From the human T2T-CHM13v2.0 reference genome, Homo sapiens, in assembly GCF_009914755.1 (NCBI RefSeq), contig NC_060925.1: DNA of 64,000 bases; one strand, written 5' to 3'. Below are positions 26,935 to 41,364 of the stretch, piece by piece. The first letter of the stretch is position 1, and the number at the start of each line of letters is the position of its first letter. The translations under genes and the position numbers were made by a program. The notes under the pieces are model-generated. The model worked only from the letters and a program-made list of their open reading frames with translations, ran no database searches and was not told where the DNA came from.

Positions 26935-27384
26935 GATATGTCAGCTCAAGGATCATCTTCGCAGCTTCCTAAACCTTTTGATCCTGAGCCAGAAGCTAAA
27001 TATGGCACACTGGATGTGACTTTTGACTATGACTCACAAGAACAGAAGCTTCTGGTAACAGTGACAGCTGTCACAGACATCCCAACATATAACAGGACAG
27101 GTGGCAACTCATGGCAAGTACACCTTGTTCTTCTACCTATAAAGAAACAGAGAGCAAAAACCAGCATCCAGAGAGGACCATGCCCTGTCTTCACAGAAAC
27201 ATTTAAATTTAATCATGTTGAATCTGAGATGATTGGAAATTATGCAGTTCGGTTTAGACTGTATGGTGTACATCGCATGAAAAAAGAAAAGATTGTGGGG
27301 GAAAAGATTTTTTATTTAACAAAATTGAATCTTCAAGGGAAAATGTCATTGCCTGTGATATTGGAACCTTCTTACAATCATTCT
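26935..27384 (+). CDS. SYT14: Synaptotagmin-14 coding exon encoding the C2A domain, 450 nt, phase 0/0
   Basis: Reads DMSAQGSSSQLPKPFDPEPEAKYGTLDVTFDYDSQEQKLLVTV...PVFTETFKF...LPVILEPSYNHS, a C2 domain. Acceptor ttttcttttcttag| and donor TCT|GTGAGT at 27385. Confidence 0.96.
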
Positions 27385-29017
27385 GTGAGTATCTCATCAA
27401 ATGGCCTGAATACAGTTTATGTTCATGGTTTATAGTATGCACAATTTTAAAAATCTTTAATCAAGCCAACAAGTTTGTCAGTCTATTTTTTTACATAGTA
27501 ATCATGCCTTTACAAAAATATCTAAGCCCTGGATAGATAGATATACTTTTTCTTACCTAAAAAAGTTGCCCTTGAAGATAATTTGTGATTTATGTCTTTT
27601 ATTTTATCCTTCACAGAGTTTTGGCCCAGGGTTTTACATGTTTTTTGTTGTTGTTGTTGAACATTTATTAAATGTTTGATTATGAAGTCATCCAAACTCC
27701 TTATAGAATTTATTATTTTTTTTTCCAGGTTAAAACTAGGCAATACATTAAGAAGTATCAGCCCCATATGTTATTTGCTGTATGGCAGAAAGGATTTGCC
27801 CTTACAGAATATATATACCGCTCCCTAGGTCCCGACTGGATATGTTTCCAGAACTTCTGTGAAATTATTTTAAAATTTCAAAATAAATCTGGCCTCATTA
27901 GACTTTCCACCCTTTTTAAACAGATTGTAAAGTATTTCAGGAGAACCCTTAAGCTTAGTACTTTGAGCTAGTTCTCTCTTTTCTCTTTTTGTCCTCCAGA
28001 TGATAATCACATATAAATCTCTCTCTGTCTTCATATTTTTAACTAAATTCCCACAAGGCATTGCAAATCACAGGAGAGAAATGTCTGCACTGTTTATTTA
28101 AACCAGGGAGATACATTATGCCACATAGTTATTTAGATTATGAAAAAATCTGTGATATGCTGTAAGTGTGCATTATGGTTTATATTTATTCATCTCTGTT
28201 ATATTGAATACAAAGCATTTTTAAAATATAAATATACAGATTTTAGAATAGGTTTATATTTTAAAATAAAGGTATACTATTTTAGTGTTGTTTTGAGCTT
28301 TTAAATGTGTAAGCTTCGGTCCAAGTAGTTTAGGGTCTCATCTCATTTACATCAGGCAACATTTTATGTTGTAAGACCTTGATTCACAGTCAACACCATA
28401 CCAGTTTAACTAAATGATTTCAGTGTCTTTAAGTACAAAATGATGATGTAAATATAGTATATTCATATGGGTTTCTAGGATAAGACTTAATCTCTGTTGG
28501 GAAAATTGATAACTTGTTATCCTTTTAAATTTTCAGAATTATTTTGGGGAAATACCTTTTAGAAATAATAGCAGCTTAAAAGAGGGGAGAAAAAAGAGTT
28601 CAGGCAATATTTCGGGGGGGGGAAGAACGAATTTTTCATAAAATTTAATAATCTACAGTTATTAATATGATTTCTAAACTTCTTCATTATTTGGTCTGAG
28701 TGATCACTAGTTACTCTGTGGAAAATAAACGCTTATATAGAAATCTCATTTAAATTAGAAGAGAAAGACTCTGTCATCAAGAGGTATGTAATTTATCTGT
28801 TACCAATTAATTATGTTTTAATTACATTCATTTCACAAAGAGAATGAAGCCATAGAAAATAATACTGTCTTATCTCTGTTCAAACTAAGCAATTTTTTAA
28901 TGGACCTACATTACGTGTGTTAGCTTCTAGTCATTGATTCTGTAATCTTTTTCTGCCAACCAGTACAATAATTTCTGAGGAAAAAGTGCCAAATAAATAG
29001 CTTGTAAGACATAACAT

Positions 29018-29215
29018 TTATTTTTTTTAACTTTTATTTTAAGTTCAGGGGTACGTGTGCAGGTTTGTTATATAGGTAAACTTGTGTCATGGGGGTTTGT
29101 TTTACAGATTATTTCATCACCCAGGTATAAAGCCCAGGACCTAATAGTTAATTTTCCTGATCCTCTATCTTCTCCCACCTGCCACCCTCTGATAGGCCCC
29201 ATTGTCTGTCGTTCT
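29018..29215 (-). mobile_element. Short L1P 3' end
   Basis: ttttattttaagttcaggggtacgtgtgcaggtttg... Confidence 0.8.
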
Positions 29216-29594
29216 CCTCTAAAGATGTAACATTTATATTTGAATAAAACTATCCATCTTCTGCCCTTTCTCTGTGTTGACATGCTTCTCAAATTCAGTA
29301 CCCTGTATTTAATTGTTCTTTTTTGTCACTTTCCTTCTTTCTCCACCTTCTCAAAATCTCATTGGTTGCTTTTGGCTTCTGTGCTATCAGTTGTTTAGTC
29401 ATTAAAATATACCAATAGAATGTATATATTCTATATATACTATAGTATTAATGTTCTCCCTGCTTAAGTTTTAATATTAACTTTGTGGGGAGATCTTGTA
29501 ATTGCAGTTTACTTGGGTGAGTTTGGCTCTAATTTTTGTAAGATGCAATAATATATCTGTAAGAGATACACTCATAATTAAACATTTGTTCTAG

Positions 29595-29900
<306 letters not shown>

Positions 29901-30192
29901 CTTCTAGTAGCTTTTGAATAATCACTTATTATTGTTGTCATTTTTATTGTAACTTTTGGCAAGGAAAAGTTTTAATCCAGCCAAAGAACTTGCAAACTAC
30001 CATTAAAACACATTTAAACTTACAGTTTTTTTCATAGATAATAGGAAAATAGAATTTTGCATATAAAATTTAGTTTTATAGCTAGTTTTGCAGGAACTGA
30101 TTGAGAGAAAAAAAAGACCAATGTCACCAAAATGACTTTCTGAGAACTAAACAGTGAGTTTCCCTGAGAATAAGATTAAAGTTTAACATTAA

Positions 30193-30565
<373 letters not shown>

Positions 30566-32564
30566 TTAAAAAGCATAATTTCTTTCTACTGACTAGCCCT
30601 GTAAACTAAGTAAATCATCTGATTATTTTGGGCATCAGGTTTCTCATTAGTGAAATCAGAGGATTAGACCAAGTGATCTCTAAAGGCCTATCCATCTCTG
30701 ATATTGTCTAATTATGCTAGTATATATTGGGAATGGAGTTAGGCAGGAACAGAAATTGGTGAATTTTAGATGAGTTTTGTATGCGTGATATGACATTTTG
30801 TGGCAGACATGTATTATGTTTTCTCTTCTACCTTTTCAGTAACTATCTGGGAATAACCATGTCTACCTCCCTAAGGTAAGCCATAAAATTGACTTTCCCC
30901 GTCTCACTGGTAGATATGGCAGGAGCTGTGTGACCTAGACTCTGCCACTCATACTTATTTTCTGGAAACCTCAATACAGACTGAACAAAGAAGCAGACAC
31001 TGCAGTCAGATCATGTTTCCATGAAGTTGATGGTGGAGGTATCTGGTGTTCAGAGGCAATAGTAATTCTGTTATAAAATAGCTCTGCTGATGCAGAAATG
31101 GTATTGGTGCTGGGCCACTAACAGTTGCAGTAGAGGAAAGTCCTTGGCAGAAAAGAATCCAGTGAGAACAGCAGCAGGTTTTCCTCACCTGACCAATTCT
31201 GTAGTATGGTTTGTAGACTTCATTCTTGAGAAGCTTAACCATTAACTTGGTTCTTTATTCATCCCTAGTCCTTTAATAAATTACTATTCCACTTTATGAG
31301 TCAGAGTTAGCGTCTGTTGTTTTCAAATAAGAATCGTGAAATAGCCATATGGTTTACTATTTACTTGCTTTAGTACTGTCTTATGCCAAACTCAGTAGCT
31401 AGAATGTTTTCAGTTATCCTTCCTACCATGGCATATATCCCTCTCATAATTTGAACTCTTATATACACAGCTTTGTTCAGATGGCACTCTTTCTTAGTAT
31501 TTAACCCCAATTAATTTCTTCACTTGCATTTTTGGTACTATATTACTCTCTAACAGTTGCATAAAATAACCTTTCCCTTTTTCCTCATCCTGGTTTTATG
31601 TCTAATTTCAGCTTATTAGATTTGTTAATATTATTACATTTATTGATTGATTAATAATGAAACTCTATTCTTTATCTCACAAACATACACACAACCCTTC
31701 CTGTACAAACAGTACTTAATTCTGATCTCTTCAGAGTGGCTAGCAATAATAATAGTGAGGCTATTGGACAATTCTCAGAATATAGGAGTCTTTATTAAAT
31801 CCTTGGTTTATTTTCATTATTATATATATGGTTTTTGGTGAGTTGCCTTTTAGGAAAACTGATATTTGACAAAGCTGTGATGTGTTTCATCTTGAAATAA
31901 GGTTCTCTACATTAATAGATGAGCAGCAGGCGTACCTGTTAAGTTTTTTTTTCTGTAGACAAATGGTTCTCGAAGTATGATTCCTGGACCAACATCATCA
32001 CATAGGAACTTGATAGAAGTGCAGATTCTCATTCCCTCTCCGAAACTTTCTGAATTAAAAAAAACACTGAGGGTAGGGCCCAGCAATCTGCATTTTAACA
32101 AGCACTGTACATGATTCTGATATACATTAAAGTTTGTGAATCACTGCTTTTGACCAGGGTTTGCAAACTATGACTTGTGAGTCAACTCCGGCATGTAGCC
32201 TGCTTTGGTAAGGTCTGTTGCTCCTCTCTGCAAAAGCAGCATAGATTACCACTCTGTTGAACTCAGGTGTGGCCAGGTGACTTGCTTTTATCTTCTGCTC
32301 GTAACCTTTAAGAATCAGAATAATGCATTCACTACTATGGAAGCATGTGTGGAAATGGGGCCTCTTTGAGCTTTGAAGGAAGCCTCTGTTGCCAATCCAA
32401 AATCGATATGTTGTATAAGGAGGAAGTAAACCATTGTTGAATTAAGCTGCTGAGAATTTGGAGTTCTCTGTTACTATAGCATAATCTACCCTGGCTGATA
32501 AAACATTTGCTCTTCTGACTAAGGAGTACATTAACCCCTGCGGTCGAGAATCAGATGAAGCAGG

Positions 32565-32987
32565 TAATATAGTTTGGATTTCCCCTCCAAATCTCATGTT
32601 GAACATGTCGAAATGTAATCCCCAATGTTGGAGGTGGGGCCTGGTGGAAGGTGATTGGATCCTGGGGGCAGATTTCTCATGAGTGGTTTAGCACCATCCT
32701 CTTGCTGCCGTCCTCACGATAGTAAATTATTTCTCATGAGATCTGATTGTTTAAAGGTCTGTGGCATCTCCCCCTCTCCCTCTCTCACTCTTGCTCTCTT
32801 CATGTGACATGCCTGCTTCCATTTTTGCCTTCTGCTGAGAGTAAAAGCTCCCAGTGGCCTCCCCAGAAGCTGAGCAGATTGCTGCACCATGCTTGTACAG
32901 CCTGCAGAACTGTGAGCCAATTAAACGTCTTTTCTTTATAAATTGCCCAGGTATGTCTTTTTAACAACATAAGAATGGCCTAACACA
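32565..32987 (+). mobile_element. MST (MaLR) solo LTR
   Basis: taatatagtttggat...cctaacaca, with 5-bp TSD GCAGG. Confidence 0.85.
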
Positions 32988-33322
32988 GCAGGGAATTGAC
33001 TAACACAGTTGCCTTCTTCTGAAAGAATCTAAGGCACCATATGTGTTGCAGATTTGATTACCTGGGAAGCAGACTCTGAGAGGGAGTTTAGTGTGCCAAA
33101 TGTTTGTTAAGGAGTGCTCTTGGGATTCATACTTGTAAAAGAGGAGATGGAAGCAGGATTGGGCAGAGAGAAGTCAAGCTGCAGTGCATGCCCAAAGACA
33201 GTCTTAGCCTACCCCCAGGGAATTCTGGAACTAAAATAGTCCCTCAGAGTTGTCCCCATTTGGGCTGAGATGGCCAGGCCTTTATACTCCCATCAGTCAG
33301 TCATTGCATGTTGGTTGCCGCT

Positions 33323-34099
33323 TGTATTAGTCTGTTCTCATGATGCTAATAAAGACATACCCAAGCCTGGGTAATTTATAAAGGAAAGAGGTTTAATTGA
33401 CTCACAGTTCCACAGGGCTGGGGAGGCATCTTGAAACTTACAATCATGGCAGAAGGGGAAGCAAACATGTCCTTCTCCACATGGCGGCAACAAGGAGAAG
33501 TGCCAAGGAAAAGGGGGGAAAGCCCCTTATAAAACCATCAGATCTCTTGAGAACGAACTCACTCTTATGAGAACAGCATAAGGGTAACTGCCCCCATGAT
33601 TAAATTATGTCCCACAGGGTTCCTCCCATGGAGGCGGGATTATGGGAACTACAATCCAAGGTGAGACTTGGGTGGGGAAACAGCCAAACCATATCATTCT
33701 GCCCTTGGCCACCCCCCCAAATCTCATGCCCTCACATTTCAAAACAAAATCCTGCCTTCCCAACAGTCCCCCAAAGTCTTAACTCATTCTAGCATTAAGT
33801 CAAAAGTCCAAGTCCAAAGTCTCATGTGAGACAAGGCAAGTCCCTTCCACCTATGAGCCTGTGAAATAAAAAGCAAGTTAGTTACTTCTTAGATGCAATG
33901 GAGGTACAGGCATTGAGTAAATACACCTGTTCCAAGTGGGAGAAATTGGCCAAAACAAAGGGGCTACGGGCCCCATGCCAAGTCCAAAATCCAATAGAGC
34001 AGTCATTAAACCTTAAAATTCCAAAATGATCTGCTTTGACTCCATGTCTGACATCCAGGTCATGCTGATGCAAGAGATGGGCTCCCACAGCCTTGGGCA
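33323..34099 (-). mobile_element. THE1 3' LTR (33323-33696) plus about 400 bp of internal region, inside an older ERVL-class LTR (about 33040-34410)
   Basis: tgtattagtctgttctc...ccatatca, then THE1-int sequence (ttctgcccttggcc...agtccaaagtctc...cccacagccttgggca). Confidence 0.85.
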
Positions 34100-36013
34100 C
34101 CCCTGAAAGGGTGACCTTGGGTGAGGCAGTTCTTTACAGTTGAATCAGTTCCTGAAGGGACTGACATTGAAGGCTGTCTTCCAACAACAGCCCTCCTGAC
34201 AGCTAGGGCAACAGTCTCTTTGTAGATAGATAGGGAATTATCTATTGACAATTACAATTGTCAACTACAATTCAAGGTGAAACTTGAGTGGAGAAACAGC
34301 CAAACCATATCATTCTACCCTTGGCCCCTCCCACATCTTATGTCCTCACAATTCAAAACAAAACCATACTGACATTTGATTGACAGTGTATCACAGTGTC
34401 TATCATAGCTATAAATCTGGACAGTATAAAAAATACTGTATTTGATTTTTTTAACTGGAAGGCAGACATAGGGCAGATGGGAAGAAATGTAAGAATGCTA
34501 ATATGCTAATGTAGTTAAGAAAAATGACTAACCCTCTCCTATTTAACTTAGAGAAGGATTATTTAGAAAATAATCAGCAAGGAAGAAATATTTATGTAAA
34601 GTTCAACTATTCATTTTATTTCATTTTTTTCTATTAAATTTATGTAAGGTAAAATGGATTTTTAAATAAAATAGCTATAGTTTGATCCTATTTTTATAAA
34701 AGTATTTCTATTCCTTTTTCTGTTAGTATATATTCATAGAATGATGCCTGCAGGATGTTTACCTAATAGCAATTTAGGTTTAGGTTTATGGTGATTTTTT
34801 TTTACTTCTATCTTTGTTTATTTCTGTCTTTGTTTTTTTATGATAATCATTTGTCAGTTAAAAAATGGAGGGTCAGAAAGGGCCAGGGAATTTGGACCCT
34901 GGTCAGTTTGGTGGGGATGAATAAGTAAATAAGTTCCTTGCTGGATTATTTAAGTCCTTGAAGGGATGGGAGAAAACACAGGACCACAGTGAAAACTTAA
35001 ATTTTCTTAAGTTCTAATGATAGAGGGTACTTAATATTTTCTTAGATGTCTGTATTTCATTAAATCTGGCTCTTGCTTACACTTCTGTGTGAACACAAAG
35101 CAGTTCTGGAAGTAGACATGAGAGTACATGATTGTCTTGGGTGAGAAGAGATCTTCAGGAACCCCTAGATTTAAAAATTGGAGAAAAGAGAGGTAAAGTA
35201 GGAAGAAAGAGCAATAAGAGATCATGAAAGCCAAGAATGAAGTTCATGAAGGAAGGAATAATCAGCTTTGTCAGATGTTGATGATGGAAAGAATAATCTG
35301 AATATTAAAAACTGTGTGTTGGATTTAGGATATGGAAGTCATAGATAGCTTTTCAGGGGCTAATTTTGATATTGTGAAGGGGCTAGAATCCAAACGAGAG
35401 TGGCAGTCATTTAGACAGTTTTTTCACCAAATCTGGCTATAACAATAGGAAGAAAGAGAGAACAGTATTTGGAAAGTGAGGGTTTAGGGAGAATGTTTTT
35501 GAGGTGAGGAGAGCCTTGGGCATGTTTAAATACTAATGCAAATGATTTGATTAAAAAAAAAAAGGACAAATAACTGAAGAGAGCCATTAATCAATGTGTT
35601 TGGGATATAAACAGAGAGGCAAAAGTGTTAGAGTATTTTCAAGAGATTTACTTAAATGGTAGATCATGAAATAAGAGAGAAGTGAAGCCAGAAAGGGGAT
35701 TATGGGCAGGAGAAGTAGAAAGGTTAGTGGACTGAAAGTCCCAAGGATATCAAGAAAGAGTTGTGAGAGGAGTAGCTAAGCAAGAAGTGTTGAAGGATGG
35801 CAGACTGGTTGAAAGGGGAATGTTTTCAGTTCATATGATGTGGAAGGAGAAGGGTCCAGAGTGTGATGGTGGAAGTGGGCATCTGAGATAGAGTAAAAGG
35901 TACAATTACTGGAGAGGGATAATTGTCAAGAGGGCTAGGTTCTTAGATAGGCTGAGTGGACACTGAAGTTACAAAAGATGATGACGGAAGTTGAAGTGTA
36001 AGAAGGTTGAATC

Positions 36014-37207
<1,194 letters not shown>

Positions 37208-37658
37208 AAGAAGATTGAATCAAGGACCATTTTCCTCAAGGAACAAAGAAGAAATGTTCAAGGAATGAAGATGAAATGTCCAGGAGGACAAAATAGGAGG
37301 ACAGGATGATACAAACTTTAAAGGAAAATAGTTGTTCTTTTCCACAACTTTTAGAGGAGCAATGCTTGAGAAACAGCAGAGAACTTTGCTTCCTGATCTT
37401 GAGTCACTTGGGATATGAGGGAATAACCAGAATGAAAAGTCAAGAGGGAATGAAGTATCCTCCAGGAAGAATTCTGTTTCAATTAAACAAGGTGTTGGGA
37501 GTCCAAAGCAAAGATTAAAGTTCTAGAAGAGTTTATCGTAGATCAGGGGTACCAAGGAGACATAGTAAAGGATTATACTAAAATGTCAATCTCAGTCATA
37601 ATTTGATTCTATTTAAATCTCAGATTTCACAAGTCTAATTTAAATCATATCTTTATAG

Positions 37659-38009
<351 letters not shown>

Positions 38010-38013
38010 TAAT

Positions 38014-38378
38014 TTTCACACACGTCTGTGTGAAGAGACCACCAAACAGGCTTTGTGTGAGCAATAAAGCTTTTTAATCACCTGGGTGCAGGCGGGCTGA
38101 GTCCAGAAAGAGGGTCAGTGAAGGGAGATAGGGGTGGGGCCATTTTATAGGATTTGGGTGGGTAGTGGAAAAATTACAGTCAAAGGGGGTTGTTCTCTGG
38201 TGGGCAGGGGTGGGTGTCACAAGGTGCTCAGTGGGGGAGTTTCTGAGCCAGGAGAAGGAATTTCACAAGGTAATGTCATCAGTTAAGGCAGGAACCGGCC
38301 ATTTTCACTTCTTTTGTCATTCAGTTACTTCAGGCCATCTGGATGTATACATGCAGGCTTGGGCCCAGAGGCCTGACA
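38014..38378 (-). repeat. HERV-H 3' LTR (LTR7 family)
   Basis: Direct repeat of 42772-43133 (about 25 substitutions and 4 indels by hand count). Minus-strand ATTAAA poly(A) signal at 38073-38078. Confidence 0.93.
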
Positions 38379-38531
38379 TTGTTTTCTTAATAAGAAAAAT
38401 AAAACAAAATACTGTTGAAGTGTTGGGGTGGCGAACATTTTTGGGGGTGGTATGGAGAGATAATGGGCAATGTTTCTCAGGGCTGCTTCGAGCGGGATTA
38501 GGTTCGGCATGGGAACCTAGAGTAGGAGAGA

Positions 38532-38726
38532 TTAAGCTGAAGGAAGATTTTGTGGTAAGGGGTAATACTGTAGGGTTGTTAGAAGAAACATTTGTTGTAT
38601 AGAATGATTGGTGATGGCCTGGATGCGGTTTTGTATGAATTGAAAAAGTAAACAGAAGACACGAAGTCCGAATAATAGGAGAAAAACAGATATTAAAGGA
38701 CTAAGAATTGGGAGGACCCAGGACAT
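38532..38726 (-). pseudogene. env: HERV-H env remnant (transmembrane and cytoplasmic tail only)
   Basis: SWVLPILSPLISVFLLLFGLRVFCLLFQFIQNRIQAITNHSIQQMFLLT; the rest of env is deleted. Confidence 0.85.
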
Positions 38727-38819
38727 CCAATTAGAGAGTGCCTAAGGGGGTTCAGCGGAATTACTTGCTTTGTTGGCAAGTTTTTGGGTTCTATCCTTAA
38801 TATAGTCCTCCTTTTTAAG

Positions 38820-40000
38820 TTGGAGGCTGTGAGGTGAGGTGTGTTTTTAAAAGACCATTAGTCCATTTTATCTTTCCTGAAGGTTGAGGGTGGTAAGGGG
38901 CATGAAGGTTTCACTGAATACCAAGAGCCTGAGAAACTGCTTGGGAGATTTGACTAGTAAAGGCCGGTCCGTTATCAGACTGTACAGAGGTGGGAAGGCC
39001 AAACCAAGGAATTATGTCTCACAGAAGGGAAGAAATGACTGCAGTGGCTTTCTCAGACCCTGTGGGAAAGGCCTCTACCCATCCAGTGGAAGTGTCTACC
39101 CAGACCAAGAGGTATTTTAGTTTCCTGACTCAGGGCATGTGAGTTAAGTCAATTTGCCAGTCCTGGGCAGGGGCAAATCCCCGAGCTTGATGTGTAGGGA
39201 AGGGAGGGGGCCTGAACAATCCCTGAGGAGGAGTGGAATAGCAGATGGAACACTGAGAAGTGATTTTCTTGAGGACAGATTTCCACGATGGAAAGGAAAT
39301 GAGAGGTTCTAAGAGGCAGGCTAGTGGCTTGTAACCTACATGGAAGAGGTTATGAAATAATGACAGAATAGAATGGGCCTATGAGGCCGGAAGGAGATAC
39401 TTTCCTTGGTCCAAAAACCATTTGCCTTGTGTCGGAAGAGATTGATAAGTGGAAGTTGTAGTGGGGGAGTATTTGGGAGTGACCGATGAGAAGGAGAAAA
39501 ACTGACAGTGAGGGACAGAAGTTGGAAGCTAGCTGCTGCTTTAGCTACCTTGTCAGCAGAAGTGTTGCCCTGAGCGATGGGATCTGATGCCTTTTGATGG
39601 CCCTTGCAGTGAATGACTCCAGCTTCCTTTGGAAGTAAAGCAGCCTTGAGAAGAGTTTTTATTAAAGAGGCATTAATGATGGAGGACCCTTGCGTAGTGA
39701 GGAAACTTCTTTTTGCCTATATAACAGCATGGTGGTGCAGGATATGGAAGGCATATTTAGAGTCAGTATAAATATTGACATGTAGTCTTTTGCAAGAGTG
39801 AGGGCTCGAGTCAAGGCAATGAGTTCAGCTTGCTGAGAGGTGGTGGAAGGGGGCAGAAAGTATATGCGTCAGGTGTGAGGAAGAAAATAGATTTTGCAAG
39901 TTTTGAGAACTGTAGAGAGTGAGTTGAGCATAGTTTTTTATTTTGAGGGCCTCTAAAAGTATTAAAGCAGCGGCAGCCGCCGCACGCAGACATGAGAGCT
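38820..40000 (-). pseudogene. pol: HERV-H pol remnant (RNase H and integrase), disrupted
   Basis: Minus-strand translation near 38850-39020 gives [30 protein letters not shown], an integrase core with a stop. Boundaries approximate. Confidence 0.75.
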
Positions 40001-40316
40001 AAGCTAAAACACTAAGGTCAAGTTGTTTGGACAAAAAGGCTACAGGGCGTGGTCCCGGCTCTTGTGTAAGAACTCTGACCGCACAGCCCTGCACTTCAGC
40101 TGTGTGTAATGAAAAGGGAGTGATGAGTTAGGGAGAGCTAGTGTGGGAGCTGTTTTTTAAGGAATGGAAAGGGGAGTGGGGAAAGGATTTAGGATCTGTG
40201 GGGTCAGCTAGGTTTATCTAGAGCAGAATAATGGGTTGTGGAGGGGTTGTGGAGGGAGGTACTGAGGATAGGAGAGTATATGGGTTTGGCACCATGAGGT
40301 GGATAGGCAAAACAAT

Positions 40317-40982
40317 TTAGTTGATAAGGCACAGATCCTGAACTAACTTGTAAGACTTGTCCGGTTTTTGGACAGGTAAAATGGGTGAATTGTAAGGAGA
40401 GTTTATAGGCTTTAAAAGGCCATGCTGTAACAGGCAAGTGATAACAGGCTTTAATCCTTTTAAAGCATACTGTGGGATGGGATATTGGTGTTGAGCGGGG
40501 TAAGGGTGATTAGGTTTTAATGAGATGGTAAGGGGTGCATGATCGGTTGCTAAGGAGGGAGTAGAGGTGTCCCATACTTGTGGATTAAGGTGGGGAGATA
40601 GAAGGGGAGGATGTGAAGGAAGCTTTGAACTGGGGAAAAGGGTGGCAATGAGGTGTGGCTGTAGCCTAGGAATAGTCAGGGAAGCAGATAATTTAGTTGA
40701 AATGTCTCCACCTAATAAGGGAGCTGGGCAGGTGGGGATAACTAAAAAGGAGCGCATAAAAGAATGTTGTCCAAGTTGGCACCAGAGTTGGGGAGTTTTA
40801 AGAGGTTTAGAAGCCTGGCCATCAATACCCACAACAGTTATGGAGGCAAAGAAAATAGGCCCTTGAAAAGAAAGTAATGTGGAGTTGGTAGCCTCCACAT
40901 TGATTAAGAAGGGGACGGACTTACCTTCCACTGTAAGAGTTACTGAAAGAGTCTGTGTTGGTCCAGGAGGCTTCTGAGGCAA
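40317..40982 (-). pseudogene. pro-pol: HERV-H protease and N-terminal RT remnant
   Basis: VPFLINVEATNSTL (catalytic DTG motif lost), LLGGDISTKL and YNSPILPVQKPDKSYKLVQDL. Frameshifted relative to gag. Confidence 0.88.
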
Positions 40983-40992
40983 TCGGGCAGTG

Positions 40993-41364
40993 TCAGTCTT
41001 CAGCCGCTATGCCGAGAAGATCTGGGAAGGAGTCAGTCAGAGAGCCTTGGGCTAGAGTTCCAGGGACTCTGGGAGTGGCTGCCAGGCAAGCTGGACAGTC
41101 CGATTTCCAGTGGGGTCCCTCACAGATGGGACATGGTTTAGGAGGAATCCCGGGCTGCAGGCATTCCTTGGCCCAGTGGCCAGATTTCCAGCACTTAAAG
41201 CAAGATCCTGGGGGAGGAGGTCCTGAAGGAACGCCTGACCACTGTGGCTTAGGTGTTTTGAAGTTCTTGTGTGCTGGAGATGTGGCTGGGGTTCCTCTCA
41301 CAGCAGAGGCAGGTAATTGCAACTCTTCTCTATTATTGTACACCTTGAAGGCGAGGTTAATCAA
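40993..41364 (-). pseudogene. gag: HERV-H gag C-terminus (nucleocapsid, two zinc knuckles)
   Basis: CFKCWKSGHWAKEC and CPICEGPHWKSDC; ends DLLGIAAED* as in HERV-H gag. Confidence 0.9.

Noticed and set aside
27385-27435. ORF extension VSISSNGLNTVYVHGL as a real C-terminus
   Set aside because: It is read-through past a good GTGAGT donor, with no specific evidence for intronic polyadenylation.
27710-27735. T-tract CCAG|GTTAAA as a recursive site
   Set aside because: The regenerated donor GTTAAA is poor.
38063-38068. Plus-strand AATAAA in the HERV-H LTRs as a SYT14-truncating signal
   Set aside because: AATAAA is frequent throughout this AT-rich intron and nothing singles this one out.
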